Assembly: GCA_951406725.2 (NCBI GenBank) | Contig: OX597830.1 | Coordinates: 30,380,001 to 30,444,000 of the forward strand | Direction: 5' to 3' | Source of the DNA: Octopus vulgaris | Lineage: Eukaryota | DNA: 64,000 nt | Shown here: positions 1-14,507 of the stretch, piece after piece | Layout: each line of letters starts with the position of its first letter | Position numbering within the stretch: position 1 is the stretch's first letter | Made by a program: the position numbers and the translations under genes | Notes under the pieces: generated by a model | Seen by the model: only the letters and a program-made list of their open reading frames with translations | What the model was told of the DNA's origin: nothing | Database searches by the model: none

Positions 1-268
1 CTCGGCCGCAGTTTTCCCCAGGAGAAAACAAAATTTCACGGAAGCACGCTATTCCTTCGTTTCAGCCATCGCAAAATTCGACGAACATAGGATAAGAACT
101 GTAAAACAAAAATGCACCACGTGGCAATACGACTTAACTCGAGGACGCCGGTCGGCCGACTGATATCTGAAGGTTATATCAAATGACGTCTAGCGGCAGA
201 AGCCCGAACTACAACGGGTGTTTGTCCCAAAGAGAACGTTTCTGTCTGCTTTCGAGTACCTCCTCGCA
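1..268. mobile_element. possible end of a Tc1/mariner-type DNA transposon, truncated by the window edge
   Basis: GC-richer stretch ending GCTTTCGAGTACCTCCTCGCA. Its reverse complement resembles the TACGAGGAGG..GAAAAG terminal repeat of the MITEs at 31670-32136. The other end is not visible. Confidence 0.3.
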
Positions 269-288
269 CACACACACACACATATATA

Positions 289-357
<69 letters not shown>

Positions 358-559
358 TATATATGTATATATGCATGTATATATACCATATTTTTATTTA
401 GAGTAAAAGACAGAAAACCCATAAATAGGACAGTTTGATTATGTTATGAGAATAGTAATTTATTAATTGTATATTAATATATATGTATTTTTTTCCAATA
501 AACATATGAACATGTCCAATATATTTTTGGACCAAGTATGGTATGTGTGGAGTCCGATA

Positions 560-1400
560 CATATTTGTCCTGTTGAGTAAACAGTAATAATTTTACATAA
601 GCAAATGTTATCGCAAAATCAAAATAATAGAAGACTGCACTCTTCGATGGGTTGAGAAAATATTACTATGTATGTTTGAACTAAGACTTGGAACATTTGA
701 TGTTATTGTGTTATAGCGCCTGTTTTTGTAGATTCTACATTTATATTAGATTGTAGAAGACATAGATGACATCTGATCGGACTATGCAAATCCCTTAATG
801 CCATCTGTTCGTTGTCTCGCTTGGTAGATTTTCTGTGAAATGGTAACTGTCGGTTTAAGACAATTCTAAATTGGTGGTTTTGACGTTAGTATGCGAGCTT
901 TGGTAGCACCGAATCCCGTTATTTAAAGGTCTGATCTATTCACTGAAATAGAAATATCTTTTGATGATTGTAGCGTCGGCATGTATAGTGATGACAGGCT
1001 CATGATTTCAAATACACACCAGCAACATCTACGAACCTAACAATAAACACTAGGAAGGGAAATGTAATATTGTATTATACAACATATAATACATTCAAAA
1101 AGCTATAGCTGCTATAATTCTTTTTTTTTTTCCTTGATCGACCTGTATTTTCTTCTGGTTGATTAGACAAAAATAATTTTAGCAAATTTTCGACAAGAAC
1201 AACATAAAGGAGATCTACAACTGCCCGTAGAATACCTTGGGTAAAATCAAAAGCCATAGTACCAAAATGTTCGTACAACTACCATTTAATATTTCACTCG
1301 GTACGGTACTCCTAATAAAGTTCAGCTCCTACCTACTGGTATTATTTATTCTTGAGTAGCTCATCCGCCTCTAACAAACTATGTCCTTTTAATGTTGTTG
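560..1400 (+). pseudogene. degenerate Penelope-like retroelement (RT and linker towards GIY-YIG), possibly Naiad-type
   Basis: Manual translation across stops and frameshifts gives, in the correct order: TFDVIVL* (~693), FDVSM/SFGSTES (879-915; cf. FDVTMGSYDGAE), VGMYSDDRL (975-1001; cf. GLYRDDGL), TRKGNVIL, FSLIDLYF, KIFDKNNIKEIYNCP*NTLGKIKSH (cf. KIFNRNTIKVSYSCMPN..IKSHN), then LCPFN. Confidence 0.7.
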
Positions 1401-2096
1401 AGTCTCCTCAGACTCTCTTCCTTGGACAGGCCCAATAAAAGGCTGATTTAGGTATTATTGAATGATATGATTACCAGTTCTGTCAACCTGTGGCGGAATT
1501 CGTCCTGGCGTGACCAAAGCAGACTACCGACAACAGGATACGAATTATCTAACTTCTCTCTTGGTTGCCTGTTACTATAACCACAAGACGTATGTGCATC
1601 AACGTAACTTTACTCTCCGGTGCATTGCACACCGATGTTGCTTATATATGTAGCTAGAAGATTGCAGGTAACATTTATACGAATAGCTGGTTTCGAATGA
1701 ACTTAGAACATTAATTATTTCGTTTTTGTTTCTTTTCTTGTTTTACTTCCACATGTTAATCCCATTTAAACTTTGGGAAAGAAGAGGCAAAGAGCCGGAA
1801 GTGGTGAGTTAGAGATACAAAAGTCGATTTAAATAGTCCGAACATCCCTATCTAATTTAATTCGTTGCTGCCATGTATCTTATTTAAAACATTGCTTGTC
1901 ATCAGTCGCAATTTGGTTGCAGTGAAACAAATTGATTCATTAAGTACATTGAATTAATTGCAGTGTGTGTCTGTGTGTGAACGAGAGAGAGAGAGAGAGA
2001 TGGGGGTAATAAGGAAGAGAGAAACAAACAATAAAAAAAGTTCATTTGATAGAAGCTCGCTTTTAATTGGTGCAATTAAAGGTAACATATATTATA

Positions 2097-2226
2097 TATA
2101 CGCGTGTGCTACGTGTGTGTTTATAGTTTATACATAGACACTTACATATACATTTGCATATATATATATATACGTCTGTGCTACGTGTGTGTTTATAGTT
2201 TATACATACACACTTACATATACATT

Positions 2227-2309
<83 letters not shown>

Positions 2310-2380
2310 CGTCTGTGCTACGTGTGTGTTTATAGTTTATACATACACACTTACATATATACTTGCATATATATATATAT
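2097..2380. repeat. three tandem copies of a ~60-bp unit separated by variable (TA)n
   Basis: GTGCTACGTGTGTGTTTATAGTTTATACATA(C/G)ACACTTACATATA occurs at ~2106, ~2178 and ~2315. Confidence 0.9.
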
Positions 2381-3354
2381 GTGTGTGTGTGTGTATACGC
2401 TTGTGTGTGTACGAATGTATGTATGATGTATGATGTATGTATGTTTGTATGATTTTACATGTGTAATTACGAAGTTACGCTCACATGAATGGGTACTGGT
2501 ATGTGTATTTATGTGTGCTCACGTGCTAGATTGGGTAAGGGGATGAGGGGTAATTGGCTAAATTAAATCAAAATTGGGTCATTTCCATTCGGATAAATTG
2601 ATTGGGCACAGAAAGAAAAATACACCAAATTATCAGAGCCAAGTTAATTATTAAATTGAAATAAACGGTCATACATATCTACGTACACAAATACATAAAT
2701 GAACATAAAGTATGTGTATGTGTTTGTGTTTGTGTGCTTGTGTATGTACGTGTATATATATATGTATATGTGTATGTATGTGTATATATATGTATATATG
2801 TATATATGCATGTGTGTATGTGTATATGTATGTATGTGTTTATGCATATGTATGTGCGAGTTTATGAATGAATGTGTGCATGTCTGTATAAATTGAATCT
2901 CAGCAAATTATTCGGGGCATATGTACTAAAATGAGACATCTTTTATCAGGATGCAGATTATGTTTTGGGAACTGGGAGCATACGCATTAACACAATCAAA
3001 ACCGACGCTTTCAGGAAATATATGTAAAATAGTGAAATATCATGAATACTCATGATAAGGATAGAATAAGACCCGCGGAGTGGAAATCCACCTGAATCGT
3101 GATTGAACTGAAAAATCCTATATTTGAAAGTTGAGATATATTTAAACAAGTGCAAATGCAGCTGCACTTGTAGAACTGTTAATATTAATTGTTTTCCAAA
3201 TGCAACCGAAATGAGCCTTGAGGGAGTATAGTATAAATGTAGTTCATATATTTTTTTATGTCAAGGACTGGTGGACATGATTTGTAACCCCTAAAGGAAC
3301 GAACCATAGACAACCATAAGTACTAACGTATTTAAACATTACACACTCATACAT

Positions 3355-3397
<43 letters not shown>

Positions 3398-3400
3398 TTT

Positions 3401-3733
3401 TAGTTATCGCCAAACTAACATGGCAGTCCAGAAAAATAGGATGAATGCTGCCGTTGATTAGCTCCAAGAGGCCATCGCCTCTAGCTAGCTATGCGACACA
3501 CAAACCTGTGTCCATTATAACCTTCGAACGGGGAAGGTCAGTAGCTTCCCCTTGCTGGTCTGGCATCCACAGACTAGTTTCGAGGTGGTTGCTCTTATCA
3601 ATGTGGTTGCCTCTTATAACGGACACAGGTTTGTGTGTCACATAGCTAGCTAGAGGCGATGGCCTCTTGGAGCTAATCAACGGCAGCATTCGTCCTATTT
3701 TTTTGGACTGCCATGTTAGCTTGGCGATAACTA
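3401..3733. mobile_element. long palindrome (120-bp arms, 93-bp spacer), probably an inverted PLE pseudo-LTR
   Basis: 3401-3520 is the reverse complement of 3614-3733 with few mismatches (ORFs 3445+ and 3489- begin with the same peptide). The spacer contains a hammerhead-like motif. Confidence 0.8.
3562..3611 (-). ncRNA. minimal type I hammerhead ribozyme-like motif (core mutated)
   Basis: Minus strand reads GGCAACCACA-TTGATAA-GAG caaccac CTC-GAAA-CTAG-TC-TGTGGATGCC. Stem I pairs at 9 of 10 positions, stem II is present and stem III is palindromic (ACTAGT). The core differs from CTGATGA at 2 positions. Confidence 0.65.
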
Positions 3734-3864
3734 TTAATATCCAGTACCGCTGCCGTAGTCTCCTTTTGAGAGAATTAGAAATAATGATATTTCTATATTC
3801 ATATATATTCTTTTATTCGTTTACTTGTTTCAGTCATTTGAGTGCGGCCATGCTGGAGCATCTC

Positions 3865-4546
3865 TATAATAATTTCAAATTTTGGCACAAGGCTAGCAAC
3901 TTCAGGAGACTGGGTAAGTCGATTGCATCAACCTCAGAGATTCACTGGTACATATTTTATCGATCCCGAAAGGATGAAAGGCATAGTCGATTGCTGGGTT
4001 CAGCTCAGAAGGGAAAGACGGAGGAACGGACGCTAAGTAGTTCACTCGGTGCGGTAACGATTCTGTCACCTGACCGCTTTTATGCATATATATGTATGTA
4101 TTGCATATATATATGTTTATGCATAAACATATTGGAGATCGTTGAAATTATGTGCGTATACACGCACATACATTTTTTTCTACTCAAAGCACAAGGCCCG
4201 AAATTTGGGGGAAGGGGCCCAGTTCGAAACTGGTACTTAATTTATCGACCTCGAAAGGATGACAGGCAAAGTCGACTTCGGTGGAATTTGAACACAGAAC
4301 ATAAAGATAGACGAAATACCGCCAGGCATTTCGCCCGGCGTGCTAACGTTCCTTATTTCTTTATTGCCTACAAGAGCCTAAACATAGAGGGGAAAAACAA
4401 GGACAGATAAAGGGATTAAGTCGATTACATCGACCCCAGTGCGTAACTAGTACTTAATTTATCGACCCCGAAAGGATGAAAGGCAAAGTCGACCTTGGCG
4501 GAATTTGAACTCGGCGTGCTAACGTTTCTACCAGCTCGCCGCCTTT
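3865..4546 (-). mobile_element. cluster of three family-A SINE copies (AAGGCGGCGAGCTGGCAG head; Deu/Nin-like central domain)
   Basis: Repeated reverse complement of GAGTTCAAATTCC (B box) ... GCCTTTCATCCTTTCGGGGTCGATAAATTAAGTACCAG at ~3950, ~4235 and ~4450. Confidence 0.85.
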
Positions 4547-4574
4547 ATACGCACATACACTATGTTTTGTGTGT

Positions 4575-4622
<48 letters not shown>

Positions 4623-4805
4623 ACGTGTGTGTGCGTGCGTGCGCGCGCGTTTCTGTTTGTAATTTCTTTGGACTAATGAGTACATGTCAATTAGTATGCT
4701 GAGTAAAGCACATTGACAGTTTCGGCTACCTGGTATCATCCACGGTTGTGTTATATTTTCTCTGGATCTATGTCGGAAATTTTGCAGTATTAGTTGAGAA
4801 ACTAA

Positions 4806-4904
4806 TTGATGAAGGATGTAATACAGACTGCACAGATTGATGCAACACAATTAGATGCACAACACCCATAAGGGAGAGTTTCAGGATTGGCCGAAACGAT
4901 CGTC
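4806..4904 (+). ncRNA. degenerate hammerhead-like motif with long stem II (PLE pLTR fragment)
   Basis: TTGATGAAGG ... CCGAAACGATCGTC with palindromic stem III (ACGATCGT). Stem I is poorly paired. Confidence 0.4.
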
Positions 4905-5020
4905 ATGCTGAATAAAGACTAGTACTAAATCTATTTTCCGTCTCCTTCATCAATTATTGTTGTTGTTGTTGTCGTCGTCGTCGTCGTCGTTGTTGTTTTT
5001 GTTGTTGCTGTTGTTATTTA

Positions 5021-8000
5021 TTTGTAACAATCACTTGCCGAGACACACCCAGCGTCCTTGGCCGAGTGATTGATACGGGATGTTACAGTATAACTGAAAG
5101 CTTGGAGAGAGGAAGTGGCAGGGACAGTAGCGAAATATCTCCATGTAATACAACACAGACATTTAAATGGATGGGGTTTTTCTAAGGATGTGGGCAGTAG
5201 TTGTCAGCACAATCTTTTGGATTTCTCCTGGGATGTTATCTAGATGTTTTGTCATTCCTTTTTTATCATAGTTAGGGCACCTACAATAACAGGAACAGTT
5301 TTCGTTTTAAGATACTACATCTTTGTATTTCCATTTCCACGTCCTTATATTTACTTACTTTGCCAAATTCCTTTACAGATATATTTTTATCAGTGGGAAC
5401 ACTTACATCTACAAGTCTACGAGTATTTTCTTACTTGTCTTCAATAATTATGTCTGGTCGATTAGCCTGGATCATTCTGTCGGATTTGATAGGAAAATTT
5501 CAGAGGATAGTTACATTTTTAATTTCAATGACTGGCTCAGGATGATGTTCATACCTGTAAGCAGAAGCGCTGATTTTGTGGTGTTTAAACATTTTCCAAT
5601 GTAAATACTGTCCTACTCTATGGTGACGATTTTTGCATGCCTTTGGCGTCAGCACAGAACATCCCGAGACATGATGTCTATTGTTTCGTCAAATGTGTCT
5701 CAGAAAGTTAGCCTGGTAATTTTTTTTTTTTGTAAGCAAACTTTGATCTTGTGCCGCCAGTATGAAACCATCAGTCTCTGCCTTCAGTCCTGAACTTCTC
5801 AGCTACTGATGGGTTGTTGCTTGATCTACATCAGTATCTCGACTTCGTAGTATATACCGTCCAAGCAGAGGCTTCTGACTCCACCGTTCCTCAGTTTGTT
5901 TCTACCCGTTAATTTTTGCAGTCTGCTCGATCCATTTTGCTTATTTTGTGGCAGTGGTTCGTGGTTCCTCATCTAATTCAGGGTTAATGGTAAGTTCCCT
6001 TGCGAATTTGCAAGCCCACCTTGACAATAGAATGTAAATTTTTGCTGTTTTCGTGTTTGCATACAAGCAGCAGCATCTACTCCTCTATAGTAGATAAGAA
6101 CCTGTTCATTGGTATTGTGGAGGTCTTTTAGCGCAGTTCTGCCTGCATCATTCTTCTTCCCCATTATCTCTAGGTAGTTACAGACGATCAGCATCTGCTT
6201 CTGGGTGGAGCATGTTCTCAGATGTGAGTGGAGCTCTGTAAGATTCCAATTAATGATGTTAACACTATGTTGGACTACTGGAAGTGCCAGGGTGTTAATG
6301 GATTCGTTGCGATTTTTCGAGGTGAGTTCATTTTTTAGTATGTCTTTTCCTCCAGTAATATTTCTTTCTTATTTTTCCTTAATAATAGCATATTCTATAC
6401 CATCTCCTTTTACCCCCAGGTATTTATAACTTTCTTATGGATCAAGCTCCTTGATGGTAGCTTCGGTATCTAATTTAATGGAAGCTGTTTGCCTGTGCCT
6501 GCCTCTTATAAAAGTTGCTTTAGCACACTTATCAAAGCCAAAATCCATCCCGACGTTATTACTGAACTCTTTAACAGTTGTTAGCAGCCCTGCAAGCTCT
6601 TCTTTATTTCTGGCAAACAGCTTCAGATCGTCCATATAAAACACATAGTTTATTGTCGTATTATAAACTTTGAAGTTATTCTTAGTGTTATATAGTTCGT
6701 TTCAGTGTGGGAGCAAGGCCATAGAAAAGAGTTATGGGTAGAGGGAGTCACCTTGAAAGATGCCTCGTTTGATGATGTTGCTAGATTGGCTCATCCCAAG
6801 ATGTATACTCCACTTGGCGATACTGCCTTGTAAACATTTGGAGACGAAAGGAGATACTTTATATATCTCAAGGACCTTGAGTAGCAAATTATGTAGGGCA
6901 TTATCAAACGCTTTCCTGTAGTCTATCCATGCCATACTCAAGTTATTTTTGCTCTGGCAATTCGCTACAATCATCTTATTTATGAGTATTTGATATATGC
7001 GCTCATGTGAATTCCTTTTACGGCCGTTTTGAGCTTGTGGAAGGATAGATTTCTGTTCAAGGAAAGTGCATATTCTTTCAGTTAATAGGGGTGTGAGGAT
7101 CTTGTAAGTGTTGTTGAGACGTGTTATTGCTTAGTAGTTCTTTGGATTTTTGTGTCTTCAGTATTTGGTAGAAGGTATGTTGTTCCTTCAGTCAGCCAGG
7201 CAGGTATTTGCTCTGGGTTTTGGATGACATCATTTAGCGATGCAACGAAAATTTGGTGTACTTCTGTCAAACAATTCAGCCAGAATTTAGGAATCCGGTC
7301 CAATCCTAGGATCTTCCATTTGTGAGACTTCCTAAGAACACATCTTAACTCTTCTATTTCTATTGTCTCTCATTTCTGCTCTTCAACTTCATCCAGTCTC
7401 ACTTTCTCCTTTTCTATCCAGTGAGCTTCACCTTTATATATATATATATATATATATATATCTTCATATCTTCTTCCAGAACTCTTCTATTTCCTCAATC
7501 TTAGGTGGTTCCTTTACGTCTATCTTACTTTTGCCAATTTTCTTATAAAATTTCTTTGCATCCGTCTCGAATACATTGGTTTGTCCATAAAATTTTATTA
7601 TTTTATCATACCTTGAAACCCGTTGGGCTTTCAGCTGTATTCGCTGTTTCATTAGTTCCTTGGTTGCAGGGAGGTTTATAAAATCTTTGATCTTATATTT
7701 TTGCTTGATTTTTCTAATGCGTTTCGCCCTAACATTTACTCCTCACGCAAATTCATTGAGAACTGATACATCTGCCCGCAGAGACTCAATGCCATTTTGT
7801 ATTACTACTTTCCATTTAGGAAGTCTATTGACATCGTTGGTCCTTTTCCATATCGTCCTGATAACTAGTTGAGCAGTTACAACTTTAGAAGTGGAATAGA
7901 TGAGGTTATTTAAGGTTGTTAGGTCATTTCCCCTATTTCTTAAAATCTGTCTAAGACCAACATTATATATCATGATTATATTGTTGCTTTTTATGCTATT

Positions 8001-9272
8001 TGAGAGCTTTGGTAACGGTTCTCTATTGACCATGTTAGTAAACACAGTCTTGCTGAGTTCTCTCATAATATCTTGCTTTGTTTCTATGGCCTCTTTATTT
8101 TTCACCTCAAATTCTGTCATATCTATTCTGGTGTTCTTGAGGTAGATCTACTTTCTCCTCTTTTTCAGCATATTTGTTTTTCGTTATTCTTTCTTCAGTT
8201 TCTTCGTTGGCATGTGCTATTCATACACTGGGCTCTGTGCATCTCTTACCTATTTCATCTATATTGTTGCTGATTTCATTTGATATTTGTATCTCTCCCA
8301 TGAGATATTTGTGTCCTAATTTGGCTAATTTCAGTGTCAGTTAACTTTTTATTCTTAATGATGTCTCTACGTACACTACTTTATTTATTTGCATCTATAT
8401 ATCTGCCTACTAAGTTTCTCCATCAAATGTATGTTTGTACAGTGAGGTTTATTGTCAGAGGTTAGCTGGGCTGTATAGAAAGTATTCAACACATCTCTAT
8501 AATCCTCTCTAGTCTGTTTTATGCGTTTTACTTTAGGTGATGTTTTTGGTGGCGTCACTACAGGTCTAGGGTTAGGGTTATCCTGCTTCTGGGTACCTGA
8601 TAGTTCGTTTTTTTTTTTATTTTGAGAGTTTGTTCCAGCATCAGACCTTTCGACCCCAGTCTGGTTCCCCACTTGGTAACATAGTCCTTGTCTCGGGCGA
8701 TGACCGATCCGGCATGAGTTTGAGCTTGTCATTAAAGCTTTGACGGAGACAATAGTAGACGGGTCTGTTTGTTCAGAGTTGACTTCTTGACATGACACCG
8801 CTTCCTTGTTCTTCAAATGGATACATTTGTCATATAGTTGGTTAATAGATCGAAAATCGCTTTTTTTTTTTTTTATGGAAGCTATGTTTCCAGGCATAAC
8901 TGTTTAGCGAAGTTTTAAACTGAGTAACTGAGAAGTGGCTTTATTTTTGTTTGGTTCGGCGTCGCTCGTGACACGTGTTTTTCTTTTATTATTGTGTAGG
9001 CATGTAATTGGTGTATTTTTCCAGACTTCCTGGTACTAGTTTCGACTTCTTGCGTATATCGCATTGAGATACCGTGCATTCAAGAAAGAAACTACACATT
9101 ATAAAACAAAAATATTTGCGATGTTTTAGTTCCTTTGTTTTAACAGGACTTTTTCCATGGTTGTATTGCAAAGTTTTCCTTCAATCGCACCGATGTTATT
9201 GGATTAAGTTTATTTTGTGGAGAGAGCTTCTTAGTGTACATCCATGTTTTTATTTAGCCCAGAGTTAATTTG
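5021..9272 (-). mobile_element. near full-length decayed R4/Dong-clade non-LTR retrotransposon
   Basis: Collinear minus-strand ORF fragments: N-terminal KRIKQTREDYRDVL (8385-8897), EPPKIEEIEEFWKKI, AWIDYRKAFD and RGIFQGDSL (6732-6974), FYMDDLKLF..GMDFGFDKCA (6435-6644), then a C-terminal RLE region homologous to 60686-61183. Flanked by (TTA)n at 9275-9650 and (TTG/TCG)n at 4955-5020. Confidence 0.9.
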
Positions 9273-9274
9273 TG

Positions 9275-9650
<376 letters not shown>

Positions 9651-10219
9651 GTACATACAGACACACAATGGATTGACAAATGAAATATAAAGGCACTCAA
9701 GGCATTCATTAGGTGTTATGTATATTATACATGAGTCTGAACGGGCTGCATTTCTGTAAGAAGCTCGCGAAACTTTACGTAACATGGAGCCGAATCAAGC
9801 TGTTTTAAATTATATATACATATGTGTGCGTATGTATATATGTGTGCGTATGTGTGTATGTTTATATGCATGAATGTGTATATAATATATATGAGTATGT
9901 ATGTATGTATACAAATATATATTTGTATTTTTCTGGAAGGCAATATATCAAAATATTTCTGAGTCCGAAACAAAACCGTAAATAGTCAACAACAATTTTA
10001 CTGAAAAGAACTTTCACTATATGTAATAACATGTGCTTGAAAGCGTTAAGAACTGAAAGCGGTTGCACATCTAAAAAAGCTAAAGTCACACACATTTTGT
10101 GAAATCTCTTCCCAAAGGTTGGTGCCTTTCGAATTTCTAAAAAGGTTCTTTTCTCAATCTTAACTCTTTGCGACAAACATCTTCTCTCCAGATACACACA
10201 GATATATATATATATAAAG

Positions 10220-10412
10220 TTAATCCAAACATGAAAACACAACAACGCGAAGACGTGGAACAAGTATAGTGATATTGGACGCTCAGGAAAGGAAAGAAAG
10301 AAGGAGGATTTAACGTTTCGAGCGGAGCTCTTCGTCAGAAACATAGGAAAAGGAAAGATCCAAGGAAGGGAAGACGGAGGAAAAAATCGTCAACGATACA
10401 CACGCGGTCACA
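10220..10412 (-). mobile_element. PLE pLTR-like fragment with minimal hammerhead motif (10308-10342)
   Basis: Minus strand GTTT-CTGACGA-A-GAGC tcc GCTC-GAAA-CG-TT-AAAT: canonical CUGANGA/GAAA core, 4-bp stem II and palindromic AACGTT. Confidence 0.65.
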
Positions 10413-10431
10413 ATACATATATATACAAAGT

Positions 10432-12130
<1,699 letters not shown>

Positions 12131-12938
12131 AGATGTAGAGAGAGGGAGAGAGAGACAGGGAAAGACAGATACATGCATACATACATAGCCAAACATACAT
12201 TCCTGGATACGCACAGACAGTTGTCTGAGATAGTTAGAGTGGGAGAGTGAGTGAAGGTGAGAGAAGGAGACAGAATGACACTGGTACACATATGTGCATC
12301 ATCTATAGAAATAGATGGAAAGACATACAGATATATAGGGAAACTGATCGATATAGTCACACCACCGCACGCCTCCATTTCCGCAGTGACACACACCTGC
12401 ACTAACAGACACATAAACGCATACACACAATCACATAAATACACATAAACGAAGACACCCTTGTAAATGCACATACACACACATACACACTCACGTACAC
12501 ACATACAGATATAAACATGTCACAAACTAACACATACAGTTAAACACACACATACATATATACACAGAGATATATGGACTTAGTCTGATATACGTTTGCT
12601 GCAAACGGACACACATTTTCGTTTATGTAGACGCAAGTGCACAAACACATATTAGCAAGCGTATATAGCACGTATAGAGTTAATTAGGGGTGAAAATATT
12701 TAATTTAGAACGCAAAAAGTCTAATTAGAAATGCTGATGCATTTAGGAGAAGAGAGCAGTAAGCTAATGAATAATATCATTTTAACGATTGCAGTAAATG
12801 AGAGATACTAAACCGTGCATGTTTCGCTCTTATTAACCTTCAGCAGCGATAAATAGGCTTCATTCTCTTCTCTGTCGAAATAATAGAAGATTATTCAGTT
12901 ATTTAAATATATGCTTCCTTGTGTTTGTATACGTATAT

Positions 12939-13029
<91 letters not shown>

Positions 13030-13117
13030 TGTATGTATGTATATGTATATGTATAAATACATACAGTGCTAACAATACAAACCGATATGCATGTAAATAT
13101 AAATATCTATCCATTTA

Positions 13118-13171
<54 letters not shown>

Positions 13172-13172
<1 letters not shown>

Positions 13173-13345
13173 TTTATTTAAAACCAGCAGAAATATTTAA
13201 AAAAAGGTGTTACTCAGATTTTCACGTTCTGAGTAACAGCTTTTGTTATATTTCTGCTGCTTTTAAATAAAGCATATTACTCTACCTCTGGGTTTTGAGT
13301 ACTCTTTTTTCCACCTTGTTTCACATTTATGTGCTTGCTCTGGTG
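13172..13345. mobile_element. palindromic PLE-type terminal repeat, same family as 16280-16505
   Basis: CTTTATTTAAAA(C/G)CAGCAGAAAT..TGTTACTCAGA is inverted at 13228-13272 and followed by CATATTACT..GAGTACTCTTTTTTCCACC as at 16431-16475. Confidence 0.7.
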
Positions 13346-13392
13346 TATATATATATATATATATATCCAATTATAAATATGTGTGCGTATGC

Positions 13393-13432
<40 letters not shown>

Positions 13433-13444
13433 TGAGAGAGAGAG

Positions 13445-13520
<76 letters not shown>

Positions 13521-13669
13521 GCAATCTCGAATATAACCAGCCCAAATTGCAAAGATATCTGTAAATCGACTGAAGAAAGAAAACTCCGAATGTCACGTCC
13601 ATGTTTTTTTGTAACGTCTGTCCGGATGTTTTGCGTTCTTGTCCCATTTTTGGTATTCCTTTATATATA

Positions 13670-13717
<48 letters not shown>

Positions 13718-13852
13718 CATCCGCCCCAACGAATTTCCCGTAATATATCTACGGATAACAACAGGTAATCCAAACTGTACCGGTGCATTACTCATCATCT
13801 ATTTATACATTTTATATAATTTCTCCATTATATGTATATACACATATACATA

Positions 13853-14275
13853 TAGGCGCAGGCGTGGCTGTGTGGTAAGAAGCTTGCTTCCCAAGCACAT
13901 GGTTCCGGATTCAGTCCCACTGCCTGGCACATTAGGCAAGTGTCTTCTACTATAGCCTCGGGCCGACCAAAGCCTTGTGAGTGGATTTGGTAGACGAAAA
14001 CTAGAAAAAACCCGTCGTATTTATATGTGTGCATATATTTATGTGTATATGCCTTTGTGTGTATGTTTGTCCCCACCCACCAGCGCTTGACAACCGATGT
14101 TGGTGTGTTTACGTCCCCGAGACCTAGCAGTTCGCTAAAAGAGACCGATAGAATAAGTACCAGGTTCAGAAAGAATACTTTCTGGGGTAGATTTCTTTGA
14201 CTCAAAGGCGGTGCTCCAGCATGGCCGCAGTCAAAGGACTGAAACAAGTAACAGATTAAAACTAAAAAAGTAAAA
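13853..14275 (+). mobile_element. family-B tRNA-derived SINE (complete, with internal low-complexity tract)
   Basis: Head GGCGCAGGCGTGGCTGTGTGG (A box) and GGATTCAGTCCC (B box), body AAGCCTTGTGAGTGGATTTGGTAGACG, tail GGCGGTGCTCCAGCATGGCCGCAGTC..GAAACAAGTAA. More than 10 homologues occur in the window. Confidence 0.9.
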
Positions 14276-14309
14276 GTGTGTATTGGACCAGTGAACTCAA
14301 AACGGTTTG

Positions 14310-14460
14310 TTTCTCAATTTCTCTCCATTTGTTTCCTCTTGTTCCTTTCTGCTGAAGAGCGCAAACTCGAAACTTAAAAGGATTTTCCATTTTTCCCGAG
14401 CGTGACACTAATACACTTGCATGTTTTTCCTATGCCTGTCCTTTTATTAATTTTCTATAT
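14310..14460 (+). mobile_element. PLE pLTR-like fragment with hammerhead-like motif (14343-14382); homologue at 33115-33270
   Basis: TCCTTT-CTGCTGA-A-GAG cgcaaa CTC-GAAA-CT-TA-AAAGGA: 6-bp stem I, non-canonical core. Confidence 0.55.
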
Positions 14461-14471
14461 TTATAGTTATA

Positions 14472-14507
<36 letters not shown>

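Noticed and set aside
3667-4410. 247-aa ORF as a gene
   Set aside because: It runs across a palindrome arm and several antisense SINE copies; no protein motif.
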